Source of the DNA: Polyangiaceae bacterium
GTDB lineage: Bacteria > Myxococcota_A > Polyangia > Polyangiales > Polyangiaceae
Direction: 5' to 3'
NCBI GenBank assembly: GCA_050287085.1
Contig: JBNKBE010000008.1
Span: forward strand, 84,431-148,430
Length of the DNA stretch: 64,000 bases
Made by a program: the position numbers and the translations under genes. Below are positions 20,962-30,304 of this stretch, piece after piece. Numbering within the stretch: position 1 is the stretch's first letter; each line of letters starts with the position of its first letter. The notes beneath the pieces are model-generated. The model saw only the letters and a program-made list of their open reading frames with translations, ran no database searches and was not told where the DNA came from.

Positions 20962-21903
20962 CTAGGCGGCGAGCGCAGCCTTGCGCTCGGCGCTCAACCA
21001 AGAGGCGCCAGTGGCTGAGCTCATGGCTCGAAGCTGCGCCTTCAGTTTGCCCTTGGCGCGTGCCTCCAGCTGCCGAGCTCGTTCACGCGACACTCCAAGG
21101 TGACGTCCGATGTCCGCCAGTGTGAGCTTGTCTTCCGCGTCTGCCATGAGCCGCTGTTCCACGATGTATTGTTCTCGCGGATCAAGCTGCGTCATCGCGT
21201 TGTCCACGGCACTTCGCAGTTCGTCCGTGACCTGGCGTTCGCTTAGCACAGACTCCTGATTGGCACCGGGCTCCACCAGACGATCACCGAGCGTTTCGGC
21301 GGCATCGGAGAATGCCCGTTGATCCAAGGACAGGTCTCGCGCTTCCAGCTGGAGCAGCATCTGGCGAACGTGGTCTGTTGAGACGCCCATTCGTTCAGCC
21401 AACAGTTCTTCACGCTTGTTGCTGTCGTCCGTGAGCTGGGCGACTTGCGCTCGCTCTTTGCGCAGGCGGAAAAACGTCTTCGAACGCAACGCGCCGGAGC
21501 CAGCTCCCACCATGCTGTAGGACTTGATGATGTAGTTCAGGATATAGGCGCGAACCCAGTAGCCCGCGTAGGTGACGAAGCGAAACCCGCGGTCGGGGTC
21601 AAACTTCGTCAGGGCGTGTGCCAGGCCGAAATTGCCTTCAGCGACCAACTCGTCAACGGGGACGCCATAGCGGCGGTACTTGCGCGCCATGGCTACAACG
21701 AAACGCAGATGGGCCCGTACGAGTTGATCTCCGGCCTTCTTGTCGTCGTGGTCTTTCACGCGCTTGGCCAGGCGATACTCCTGCTCTCGCGTCAGGCCAT
21801 AGGTGGACGAGGAAGCGGGACGCGCGGGTTTCGACTGGGTGGGGATTTCGAAGACTTCGCGTTCGACGAGGTCCGTGGTGGAGGAGTGGGGCGAGAGGTA
21901 CAT
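20962..21903 (-). CDS. RpoH-like sigma-70 family factor (myxobacterial SigB/C/D/E type)
   Basis: HLRFVV, KFDPDRGFRFVTYAGYW, RpoH-box-like SKTFFRLR, GVSRERARQLE. Confidence 0.88.
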   Translation of the reverse strand: MYLSPHSSTTDLVEREVFEIPTQSKPARPASSSTYGLTREQEYRLAKRVKDHDDKKAGDQLVRAHLRFVVAMARKYRRYGVPVDELVAEGNFGLAHALTKFDPDRGFRFVTYAGYWVRAYILNYIIKSYSMVGAGSGALRSKTFFRLRKERAQVAQLTDDSNKREELLAERMGVSTDHVRQMLLQLEARDLSLDQRAFSDAAETLGDRLVEPGANQESVLSERQVTDELRSAVDNAMTQLDPREQYIVEQRLMADAEDKLTLADIGRHLGVSRERARQLEARAKGKLKAQLRAMSSATGASWLSAERKAALAA

Positions 21904-22374
21904 TGAGGGCTCCGGGGACAGGGTCTGCGGGGTCCAACCGGCCCCGAGCAGCCATTATTCCTGTGTACGCGCAGAAAGTGCGACAGGTTGCAAATTGCCC
22001 CGAAATCGATGGCAGTCGTTGCGGTGTTCAGAGCCTGAGGAGCTGCTGCTTGTGCCGCGCGAGCGCGTGCCTGTGGGCGTGGAACGTGGCGAATCGCCCC
22101 GTAGCAGCCCGGACCTGGACGAGAGATTATATGCGGCCAGGGGGCCGGTGAGCGTTGGGAGTTCCGCATCGGCGTCGCGGCCCTTCGCCCGTGCGGCGAC
22201 CCACGGCGTGACACAACGGAATGCCCGCGGCCGCGCGGCTCTGCCCTGGCCATCGCGGCGGAACCTGGTCTGCTCGGGCCCTCCTGCCGAGCGTTGAGGG
22301 TGGAACCTCAGCGGTTCCTCTGCTGCACCGCGAGCCAGCGTCGGTGCGCCCGTCCCGGGTGGAAGTCTGGGGTA

Positions 22375-22698
22375 TTAGACGTTGAACGAAGAGCCGCACC
22401 CGCAGGTGCTACTGACGTTGGGATTGCCAAACTTGAAGCCGGCGCCCATGGCCCCTTCGACGTAGTCGATCTCGGTCCCATCGAGGTACTGGAAGCTCAA
22501 AGGATCCACCAGCAAATCGACGCCTCTCGACTCGAAGCGCTCATCAAACTCCGTCGGATTCTCTTCGAAGTACAGGTCGTACTGAAAGCCAGCACACCCC
22601 CCGCCGATGACACGAAGTCTCAACCCCTGTCCCTGAAGACCCTCTTCCTTGGCGATTTCCTTGACCTTTTCGGCGGCGACCTGAGTGATTGATATCAT
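22375..22698 (-). CDS. A-type Fe-S cluster carrier (IscA/ErpA/HesB family)
   Basis: GGGCAGFQY and NPNVSSTCGCGSSF. Confidence 0.95.
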   Translation of the reverse strand: MISITQVAAEKVKEIAKEEGLQGQGLRLRVIGGGCAGFQYDLYFEENPTEFDERFESRGVDLLVDPLSFQYLDGTEIDYVEGAMGAGFKFGNPNVSSTCGCGSSFNV

Positions 22699-22866
22699 GG
22701 TGGGCAACTCTCCGGGCCAATTGGACGTAGAACCTTCAGCTCCACTTGTAAAGGGGCACGGACGCTAAAGGTCGTTGGCGTCGAGAGCGCCTACCGCTTC
22801 CCGGCCTCAGCGGGCGGGCGCGAACGTCAGCGGCTCATCCGGCTCGGGGCCCGCCAAGCGACGCTC

Positions 22867-24624
22867 TCAGCGCAGCCGGTCCAATACGAACTCGGTGGCC
22901 ACTTCCGGCAGCGGCCCCGTGCCCTCGTCGGGCAGCTCTTTCACGCCGGTGGTGCGGCCATAGACGCGGAGCGCAGCGCCTGCTCGGAGGGGATGGGGCC
23001 CGCGGTGGTCCAGGCGGACGACACAAGGCGGGGTGGAGCAGTCGATGGCCTGAAACAAGGCCTGCCGGGCCGAGCCCTCGGCGTGCACTTGCGTGACGAT
23101 CCCGCGCAGGGCCACACGCGCCCCAGCATCTAGCCCGACCAGACCGGCCGCGTCCTGGAAACGCGGCCACCGAAGCGCTTCGAGCGCGAGATGGGTCACG
23201 CGGGTGGTCGTCAGCTGCACGCGTCTTCCGCCGTGGTTTGCGAGCGTGGCCACGACCTCCCATTGCTGCGCGGGGGAGCTCGAGGCCGGAGCCGGCGGCG
23301 CGGCTGCCAGTGGCAGCTCGATGCGAAAGCGCCCGCTCACATCGGCAACGGTAACGCGGCTGCCGACGGAAACACGAGCCCCTGGGCTCGTAGCACCCGT
23401 GAGCTCGAGTTGGTCTTGGTCGGTGATGGTGCGAGCGCCCGGCGTGTCGAGCACGAGGGGCACAACCGGAAAGGTGACGCTCGAGGTGCCGGTTTGCGGA
23501 GCACGACCCGGGAGCTCAACTTCGTAGGCAAGCGTGCGCCGCCCCATCGTTGGTTCGGCCCTGGGGCCCTCCTCCAGCTCGGGCAAGGTATAGCGGTAGG
23601 CACTCTGGCTAAGTCGATGGGCTTCAGCGCCGATGCGCACGATCGCGCCGGGCACGGCTTCGATGCTCCAGGTGGGCCCGGAGTTGGTGGCGATGTCACT
23701 CAGGTCGGGGGTGATCCTGAAATAGACTGGCAGTTCGAAGCTGAGGGTTTCGTCCCGCCCCCAGTTGGGGCGGTCGATGGTCAGGGGCAGCTTTGAGATC
23801 CCGATCGGTAGGGGTTTCTCCAGCGGAAATGTTGCGACGCCGTCGTCGGTGAACCTTCGCTGATCGCGAAAGGCAAGCTCGGTACCGTCGGGGCAGTCCG
23901 CACATTGGATTCGCAAGGCTTCCGCCCGATGGCGTGTCTCGAGGGTGACCAGCATCGGTGGGCTCACGGGAGCCAGCAGCGAGAACAGCCCAAGTCCTAG
24001 CAATAAGAGCACTGAGAGCCCGATCAACACCCAGCCACTGCGTGCGCCGCGAATCCTTCGGCGAGTGGTGAACGTGGGGTCCGGAGGTGGCGTCTCGGCA
24101 CCCTGGGAACTCGGAGCCGTCGGATGATGTGCGGTCCAGGCGGTACTGGCGGGTGCACGCCCACTGCTCGTTTGGGGGTCCGAAGTCGTCTCGACCGGAG
24201 CGTGCCCTGCCGAGACGTTGGGTTGGGCATCCGGGACGGCGCGGGCGCGCTCCTGCGGCGTGCGTGCGGGGGGAGCTTCGGCCTCGATGGGCGCCGGCGT
24301 GCTCGAAGGGCGAGTGGCCGCGGCTGGTGCAATCGGCGTCACAGGCGGGATCCCGAGCAACGTGCCAGACGCTGAGGCGCGCTGTGGCTCGGGCCCTGGA
24401 GGCAGCCCCCCATGCCCCCCATGCCCACCGAGGCGCGTCGTGTCGAACTCGCGTGGGGGGGCGCTGGGGACGGATAGAGCGGGCACACCCACCAGGGTGT
24501 CATGTTCACCCGCGGTGCCGGGCACGCGTCGACCGTCCGCTGCAGAGGGGAGCGCACCACCACACCGCGCGCAGTGCCGAGCCCCTGCCAAAAGGCGTTC
24601 TCCACAGCGAGGGCAGTGCGACAT
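22867..24624 (-). CDS. Zinc-ribbon membrane protein with Pro-rich linker and periplasmic Ig-like domains
   Basis: CPRCG...CARCG N-terminus, TM WVLIGLSVLLLLGLGLF, beta-rich C-terminal half. Confidence 0.7.
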   Translation of the reverse strand: MSHCPRCGERLLAGARHCARCGGALPSAADGRRVPGTAGEHDTLVGVPALSVPSAPPREFDTTRLGGHGGHGGLPPGPEPQRASASGTLLGIPPVTPIAPAAATRPSSTPAPIEAEAPPARTPQERARAVPDAQPNVSAGHAPVETTSDPQTSSGRAPASTAWTAHHPTAPSSQGAETPPPDPTFTTRRRIRGARSGWVLIGLSVLLLLGLGLFSLLAPVSPPMLVTLETRHRAEALRIQCADCPDGTELAFRDQRRFTDDGVATFPLEKPLPIGISKLPLTIDRPNWGRDETLSFELPVYFRITPDLSDIATNSGPTWSIEAVPGAIVRIGAEAHRLSQSAYRYTLPELEEGPRAEPTMGRRTLAYEVELPGRAPQTGTSSVTFPVVPLVLDTPGARTITDQDQLELTGATSPGARVSVGSRVTVADVSGRFRIELPLAAAPPAPASSSPAQQWEVVATLANHGGRRVQLTTTRVTHLALEALRWPRFQDAAGLVGLDAGARVALRGIVTQVHAEGSARQALFQAIDCSTPPCVVRLDHRGPHPLRAGAALRVYGRTTGVKELPDEGTGPLPEVATEFVLDRLR

Positions 24625-24769
24625 CACGGGTGACTATAACAAGCTGCCCCTGGATTTCGAGTTTCACGCCGCAGGATCAACCCGGCTTGTGGCAGCAAGT
24701 CCTGGCAGAGGTGCCCAAAATTTGGCCCGGCGCTCGTCGCTGCGTAAGGAGATGTAGTTAGAGGTAGCT

Positions 24770-25636
24770 ATGGCATGTACATTTAGTGACATCATTCACG
24801 CTGCGACCCGGAGCGACGGAAAGCAGGTGCGTTTGCCTGCGGAGACTGCGGGTTACCTGGTGCTGGCCGCGGCTTCTTCGTTGAAGGAGAGTGAATGCTT
24901 GGACTACGCCCAGTGTGTGCTGGAGGCGAGTGGAGCCGTGACACCGGCGATCTTTCCTTCCGGCGCGCAATCGGAGCCGGCTCTGCGGCGTGGTCTGGCG
25001 GCGCTCTTGGCGGTTGCTAGTAGCCGCAATCCTGCGCTCGACGGTGCGGCCCGGTCCGAGCCGAGCGGGTTGAAGACGCTGCTCAAGGAACTCGAAGCCG
25101 GACTGGTTCCGATCAATCGCAGCGCGGCGCGGCGAAGTCTGGTTCGGCTGCACCGCCAGGTGGAACAGGCCATGGAATGCGGGCTGAGCGCTTCACCCAG
25201 CATTCCGATTGTGGTCGAGGGAGAGCGGGTCGAGGAATCGAGGGACGTGGGTGCCGGACCCGATCCGGATACACCCGAAGATGTTACGCCGACGCCGGCG
25301 ATCGACGCGGTCCGACGGCGGAGCAACGGCTTGAGACCGATTCCGAGCGCCGCACGGGAACTGCCGGCTTCGTTCGAGAGCTCTTTGACCCCCATGTTGG
25401 GCAGTACCGCTCAGGTGGTTCCGATCGAGTCTACCCGCTGGCCGCCACAGATGCGAGATCCCAGTCTGACTCCAATCGTACCGCCCGCGTTCGAGCCGCT
25501 GGAGGTCGAGCTTCCGGACCCGCCGGCGCTCAGCGTCAAAGAGCATACGCCGGTGCGCAGCTCGCTGCTGGAGCTGCTGGCCGCGATGAACGATCTGGCG
25601 CTCGATCAGACGCGCGAGCTGATGGAGGCCGGTTGA
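24770..25636 (+). CDS. Hypothetical protein (possibly a degenerate kinase-like N-terminus)
   Basis: 288-aa ORF with gagg RBS; Pro-rich C-terminal half. Confidence 0.6.
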   Translation: MACTFSDIIHAATRSDGKQVRLPAETAGYLVLAAASSLKESECLDYAQCVLEASGAVTPAIFPSGAQSEPALRRGLAALLAVASSRNPALDGAARSEPSGLKTLLKELEAGLVPINRSAARRSLVRLHRQVEQAMECGLSASPSIPIVVEGERVEESRDVGAGPDPDTPEDVTPTPAIDAVRRRSNGLRPIPSAARELPASFESSLTPMLGSTAQVVPIESTRWPPQMRDPSLTPIVPPAFEPLEVELPDPPALSVKEHTPVRSSLLELLAAMNDLALDQTRELMEAG

Positions 25637-25693
25637 ACGGGCGCTTGGGCGCTGCAAACGAGCTCATGCGCCCAAGGCAGTGGGGCTACGTCC

Positions 25694-26098
25694 TTAGGGC
25701 GAAGGCGGCTTCAGGCTGATGCTCGGCAGCGTCTGGCGCTCAGCGTGCCGTTCTAGCTCGCGCAGCAGGGCGATGGGGCTGAACGGCTTGACATAATAGG
25801 CGGTTGCACCGGCGCTCAGCGCGGAGTTGCGTGCGCTTTCGTCGGCCAGGGCGCTGATGATGACAATTGGCATCAGACGCGTACTGGGGTTTTGCCGGAG
25901 CCGTCGGCAGACGTCTAGACCGTCGTATTGTCCTGGCATCATCAAGTCCAGCAACAACACGTCGGGGGGGTCCGTGAGCGCAATGTCGAGAGCCTTTGCT
26001 CCAGACGAGACGGCCACGACGTCATAGCCACGCGCTCGTACGAGCGCTTCGATCATGTTTCGAATCGAGTCTTGGTCTTCGGCAACGACGATACGCAT
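25694..26098 (-). CDS. Single-domain response regulator
   Basis: MRIVVAEDQ, LLLDLMMPG, ISA, YYVKPF. Confidence 0.92.
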   Translation of the reverse strand: MRIVVAEDQDSIRNMIEALVRARGYDVVAVSSGAKALDIALTDPPDVLLLDLMMPGQYDGLDVCRRLRQNPSTRLMPIVIISALADESARNSALSAGATAYYVKPFSPIALLRELERHAERQTLPSISLKPPSP

Positions 26099-26126
26099 GA
26101 TTGACAATCGATGAGTTGAGTCTGGC

Positions 26127-27578
26127 TCAGGCCTCGGGGGCCTCCGACGAAACGGGTCTCTGCGCGCGTTCCGTTTCCGGCGACGCGCTGGTTGTCGTGG
26201 CGGGCGAGTTATTGGACAGCTGCGAGGTGTTGGACAGCTGCGAGGTGTTGGACAGCTGCGAGGTGTTGGACAGCAGAGTGCAGGTTTCCAAGGTTGCGCT
26301 GGTGCCGAACTCGAGGTGCAACTCAAACCAGGTAGCAAGCGCGTGTGCAATCGGCAGTTCGGGCGTTACGGGCCGCCCCAGAGCGCTCGGATCGCGGGAC
26401 TGCTCAAAGAGCGTCCCTTGTTGGGCCGTGGGGACATTGGGCCCCCCGTCCGTGACGCGTAGGCACCACTCGGTGGAGGGGCCATCGAGTTTGACTAGAA
26501 CAGATCCATCGGGTGGGCTCGCGACCACAGCGTGCAAGAGCAGGGCCTGAACGAGCAGCTGTAGTCCTTGTTCTGGGGCGCTCACCAGCAGCAGCCTCCC
26601 GGGTGGTTGGAACACAACGCGCGGACCGGGCGCTCTGGTCATCAGGGTTGGCGCGTGCTCCGAAAATGCGCGGCAGACGCGTTCAACGAGCGCCCCCAGA
26701 TCGACGCGAATGGGCTCTTCACTCACATCCCAATTCGCGAGGTCGCCCAGCAGGGCTAGTTGCTTGTCGTGCGCGCCCCCGTTGGGCTCGCGTAGCAGGC
26801 CGGAGCGAGAGAGCGCCTGCAGAGTTCGGAGGCGTTCGAGCGCGAGGCGGGTTTGCTCATTGCGGTCCGCAGCCCGCGGCTCGGCCACCTCGCCGGAAAA
26901 GACCTCCGCGAGCTCTCGCGCGTATCGTTCGCCCAACAGCTGCGCCTGAGCGAGCTCCTGGCGCAGCGCTTCCAGCTCGTCGCGGCTGCTGTTTTCTGCG
27001 GGCAGCAGGATTGACTGGCGTTGGCCGTGCAGCTCCAGACGGCCGCCGTAACGCAAGGTCATGCGGCTCAACCAGGCGCCATCGAGCTCGGTGGGCGTGC
27101 TCGCGTCCGGACCCAGCGTCACACTGACACGCACCCAATCCCCTTCGCGTGACACCGCCACTTCGCTTGCGCTCCGACCGCCGTGTTGCGTGTCCTGGGG
27201 CGTCCCCTGGGTCTGCGAAATAAGCACCTGAAGGATACGCTTGAAGTCTTCACTGTCGCCGTAGACTTCAGTGCCTTCCCCGGGGGCTATCCGCACGCTC
27301 CAGTCGGGCACCAACTCGTAGAGCAGGGCGGCAATGTCGATCCGGCCGCGCCGCCGCTTCTGATGGTCGTCTGTGGGTAGCCCACTGAGCAGTTGGAGGG
27401 CTTGGTCGAGCGCGTTGAGACTGGTGTCGACGGGCCGTGGGGAACGCTTGCTGGGCGGCAAGGAGCGCCGCAATTCGCTCACCTCGTCGCGCAGCGCACG
27501 CGCAGCTCCCTGCGCCTCGCGCGCGAGCAGCCAACTCAATTCCTGTCGCGTGAGGCGCCCACTTGTCACTGCCTTCAT
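26127..27578 (-). CDS. Degenerate tandem histidine-kinase-like protein
   Basis: Two HisKA/HATPase-like modules (RIDIAALL...VYGD...KRILQVL; RVDLGALV...QLLVQALLLHA...LRVTDGGP); no H-box His visible. Confidence 0.65.
   Translation of the reverse strand: MKAVTSGRLTRQELSWLLAREAQGAARALRDEVSELRRSLPPSKRSPRPVDTSLNALDQALQLLSGLPTDDHQKRRRGRIDIAALLYELVPDWSVRIAPGEGTEVYGDSEDFKRILQVLISQTQGTPQDTQHGGRSASEVAVSREGDWVRVSVTLGPDASTPTELDGAWLSRMTLRYGGRLELHGQRQSILLPAENSSRDELEALRQELAQAQLLGERYARELAEVFSGEVAEPRAADRNEQTRLALERLRTLQALSRSGLLREPNGGAHDKQLALLGDLANWDVSEEPIRVDLGALVERVCRAFSEHAPTLMTRAPGPRVVFQPPGRLLLVSAPEQGLQLLVQALLLHAVVASPPDGSVLVKLDGPSTEWCLRVTDGGPNVPTAQQGTLFEQSRDPSALGRPVTPELPIAHALATWFELHLEFGTSATLETCTLLSNTSQLSNTSQLSNTSQLSNNSPATTTSASPETERAQRPVSSEAPEA
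26212..26274. repeat. 18-bp in-frame tandem repeat x3.5 (LSNTSQ)
   Basis: ttggacagctgcgaggtg repeated. Confidence 0.9.
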
Positions 27579-27721
27579 ACTGGCATGGGTTTGCGGGAGC
27601 GCCAAACGATTGGCTGTCAGGTCCGGCGAAAGACCCGATCAGACCTGCGAAGGGGGCGCACGCACGCCATTGGCCTTCCGATTTCTTGGCGCCGCCATGG
27701 CTCCGAGGGTAGAGCGCCAGG

Positions 27722-28648
27722 GTGCTGTCTAGAATCGGCGTCATTGCGCTCAATACCTACCGCGAGGCGGTGCGAGCTCGGATCCTGATAGGACTCTTCG
27801 TGTTGTCCTTGTTGACAGCGGGCTATGCCCTCGTCGTGGCGACCTACGCGTCGCGCAGCGCACTCCGCATAGTAAGTGATTTGACTACCCTAGGGATGTC
27901 TCTGTACGCAGTGCTCGTCGCTGTGGTCATGGGTGCCTCGTCGCTCTACCGCGAGCTTGAACAAAAGACGATCTTCCCGATCCTGGCTCGGCCCATTCGG
28001 CGCTGGGAGTACCTGCTTGGCAAGGTCATGGGTACGCTGCTGACGCTGCTGGTTTTTCTGCTGGGAAGTGCTGGGGTCGGCTTTGTGTGCTTGGCGATCA
28101 AAGAGCGAGATAGCTTCCTGCCGGGACTGGCTTTGATCGGCAGCTTTGGCGTCTTTGCCGCGGGGATCAAACTGCAGCGAGTTCGCAGCTGGTTGCCCAT
28201 GGTGTGGGCGGGCCTGGTGTTTTCAGCGGGACTCATCTGGGCGTCCGGGGCCGCGGTGGACCGCCGCGTGATCCTTGTCGCGCTGGTCTTGTCCTGGCTC
28301 GAGGTGGCCATTGTGGTGGCCGTCGCGATGGTCTTCTCGGCCTTCAGCAGTCCATTTCTAACCGCGGTGTTGACGACTTGGGTCTTCTTGGTGGGACGTT
28401 CGGCAGACACCTTGGCCAAACTGCCAGAGCGGGTCTTTGGGCCAGCGGTCCATGAGCTTGGAGTGGTGCTCTCCAAGGTGTTTCCGAACCTGATGGTCTA
28501 CGTGCCGCCGCGACCATTGCTGGCCGGTGAGGTTGCTGCGCCCTCCCTGGGCTATTATTTGTCGCTGGCCGCCGTTCAGAGCGCCGCCTGGGTGGTATTG
28601 CTCTTGGCGGTTGCTGCGATGCTCTTTCGCCGGCGGGATTTTACATGA
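27722..28648 (+). CDS. ABC-2 type transporter permease (PilI-like)
   Basis: IALNTYREAVR, ELEQKTIFPILARPIRRWEYLLGK, C-terminal FRRRDF. Confidence 0.85.
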   Translation: MLSRIGVIALNTYREAVRARILIGLFVLSLLTAGYALVVATYASRSALRIVSDLTTLGMSLYAVLVAVVMGASSLYRELEQKTIFPILARPIRRWEYLLGKVMGTLLTLLVFLLGSAGVGFVCLAIKERDSFLPGLALIGSFGVFAAGIKLQRVRSWLPMVWAGLVFSAGLIWASGAAVDRRVILVALVLSWLEVAIVVAVAMVFSAFSSPFLTAVLTTWVFLVGRSADTLAKLPERVFGPAVHELGVVLSKVFPNLMVYVPPRPLLAGEVAAPSLGYYLSLAAVQSAAWVVLLLAVAAMLFRRRDFT

Positions 28649-29268
28649 GCTCCCCTGTCTACCTACGTCATGTTGGCTTCGCGCTGGCCTTCATGGCAGT
28701 GACGGCAGGTCTGGTTGTGGGGCGCACCTTTGAACGCGGTCGCTCTGCGATGCTCGCCAGCGATGTGGCGTTTGACACCGGAGATGTCGAGGCGGCCCTG
28801 GCTGCCGCCGCGGAAGCCGCCCTTTGGTACGTGCCGGGTGGTGAGCACGTGCGCCGCGCCGAAGCGCGGATGAGGGCGATCGCCGCGGGGGCGGAAGCGG
28901 CCGGACGCACCGCGCTGGCCCAGCGCGCGTGGCAAGCCCTTCGGCACGCGCGACGGGAGGCGGGCAGCCCTTGGTCGCGGCGGCAGAACGCACGCGAAGC
29001 GGACGACAATGCCGCCAGGCTGCTGGCTTCGAGTGCGCAGCGACAAGGACGCGACGCCTTGGCGGAGCGAATCGTGCTGGCCTACGCGCCGCGTCCGCGT
29101 GCACCCCTCGCGGCATTCGGCTACGGCTTGGGACTGTTGCTGCTGGCGTCAGCCTGTGCATTTCTCGTTCGCGATCTTCGCCAGCGGCGTGAGCGTGCTT
29201 TCATCTTGGGCTCCTGCGCGGGAGCGCTCGGCCTATTGTCTTGGGTGCTGGCGGCGCTGATGGCCTAG
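28645..29268 (+). CDS. Hypothetical membrane protein
   Basis: ATGA overlap with the permease; one N-terminal and two C-terminal TMs; WYVPG motif. Confidence 0.7.
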   Translation: MSSPVYLRHVGFALAFMAVTAGLVVGRTFERGRSAMLASDVAFDTGDVEAALAAAAEAALWYVPGGEHVRRAEARMRAIAAGAEAAGRTALAQRAWQALRHARREAGSPWSRRQNAREADDNAARLLASSAQRQGRDALAERIVLAYAPRPRAPLAAFGYGLGLLLLASACAFLVRDLRQRRERAFILGSCAGALGLLSWVLAALMA

Positions 29269-29275
29269 GAATTGT

Positions 29276-30250
29276 ATGGAAAGCGATCCGGTAGCCGCGC
29301 CGCTCGACGGCCGCTTGGCGCTCGAGCGTTTCGATGAATATCTGAACTCAGAGGTGCGGGCGGCGGAGGCAACGCGCCGCGCCTACGTACGGGACTTGAA
29401 GCAGCTGTTGAACTACTGCGATGAGATCCTGGGACGCCCGACCCACGTGGAGGATATCGACAAGTTCCTGCTGCGCCGCTGGCTTGGGGAACGCGCGCGC
29501 GGCGTCAAGGCTGTAACGCTCGCTCGCAAGGTGGCGGCGGTGCGTAGCTACTTCCGCTTCTTGGAGCGTTCGCTCGTTCTTCAGCACAACCCAGCGCAAG
29601 CGTTGAGCACCCCCAGGCACGGGGCTCACAAGCCCGTCTTTCTCGGCGTCGAAGCCGCGGCACGGGTGATGGATGCGCCTGCGGATTCAGGGTCCCAGGG
29701 CAGCGCGCCCGAAACCGAACCCGCCCTCTGCCGGGACGCGCTCATCTTGGAGCTGCTTTATGGCTGCGGACTACGAGTCAGTGAGCTTGTCGCGCTCGAT
29801 GTTGAGAGCATTGACCGTTCCGCGGCTGAGGTGTGGGTCGTGGGTAAAGGCAATCGCGAGCGTCGGATCCCCGTAGGACGTATGGCGCTCCTCGCGTTGG
29901 AGCGCTACTTGCCTGTGCGCGGAGCACTGTGTGCACCCCGCGCAGCGACTACCTCGGCGCTCCTGCTGAGCCGCCGCGGGGGACGGTTGGGGGTTCGGAG
30001 CGTCCAAAATCTGGTCAAACGCTATGGCCTGGCAACGGGCCGCCCCGACCTTCACCCTCACGCGCTCCGTCACTCCTGCGCCACCGCCATGCTGGAGGGG
30101 GGGGGAGACTTGCGTGCCATTCAAGAGTTTCTTGGTCACAAGAATATCTCCACAACCCAGCGCTACACGCATCTGTCGATGCAGCAACTGATGCGGGTGT
30201 ACGACCTCGCCCACCCGCTCGCTGCAGATAGCGCGGAACGCGAGGGTTGA
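29276..30250 (+). CDS. xerC: Tyrosine recombinase XerC-like
   Basis: GLRVSEL, GKGNRER, HPHALRHS, LGH, TTQRYTH, YDLAHP. Confidence 0.85.
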   Translation: MESDPVAAPLDGRLALERFDEYLNSEVRAAEATRRAYVRDLKQLLNYCDEILGRPTHVEDIDKFLLRRWLGERARGVKAVTLARKVAAVRSYFRFLERSLVLQHNPAQALSTPRHGAHKPVFLGVEAAARVMDAPADSGSQGSAPETEPALCRDALILELLYGCGLRVSELVALDVESIDRSAAEVWVVGKGNRERRIPVGRMALLALERYLPVRGALCAPRAATTSALLLSRRGGRLGVRSVQNLVKRYGLATGRPDLHPHALRHSCATAMLEGGGDLRAIQEFLGHKNISTTQRYTHLSMQQLMRVYDLAHPLAADSAEREG

Positions 30251-30304
30251 GCCCTCAGGCCAGCGGATTGTGTGCGCGAGCGAAGGCGTGTATGCCCCCG
30301 GGCC

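Noticed and set aside
29276..30250. Prophage or island integrase
   Set aside because: XerC-like size and C-terminal YDLAHP motif, embedded in an operon, with no att sites or phage genes
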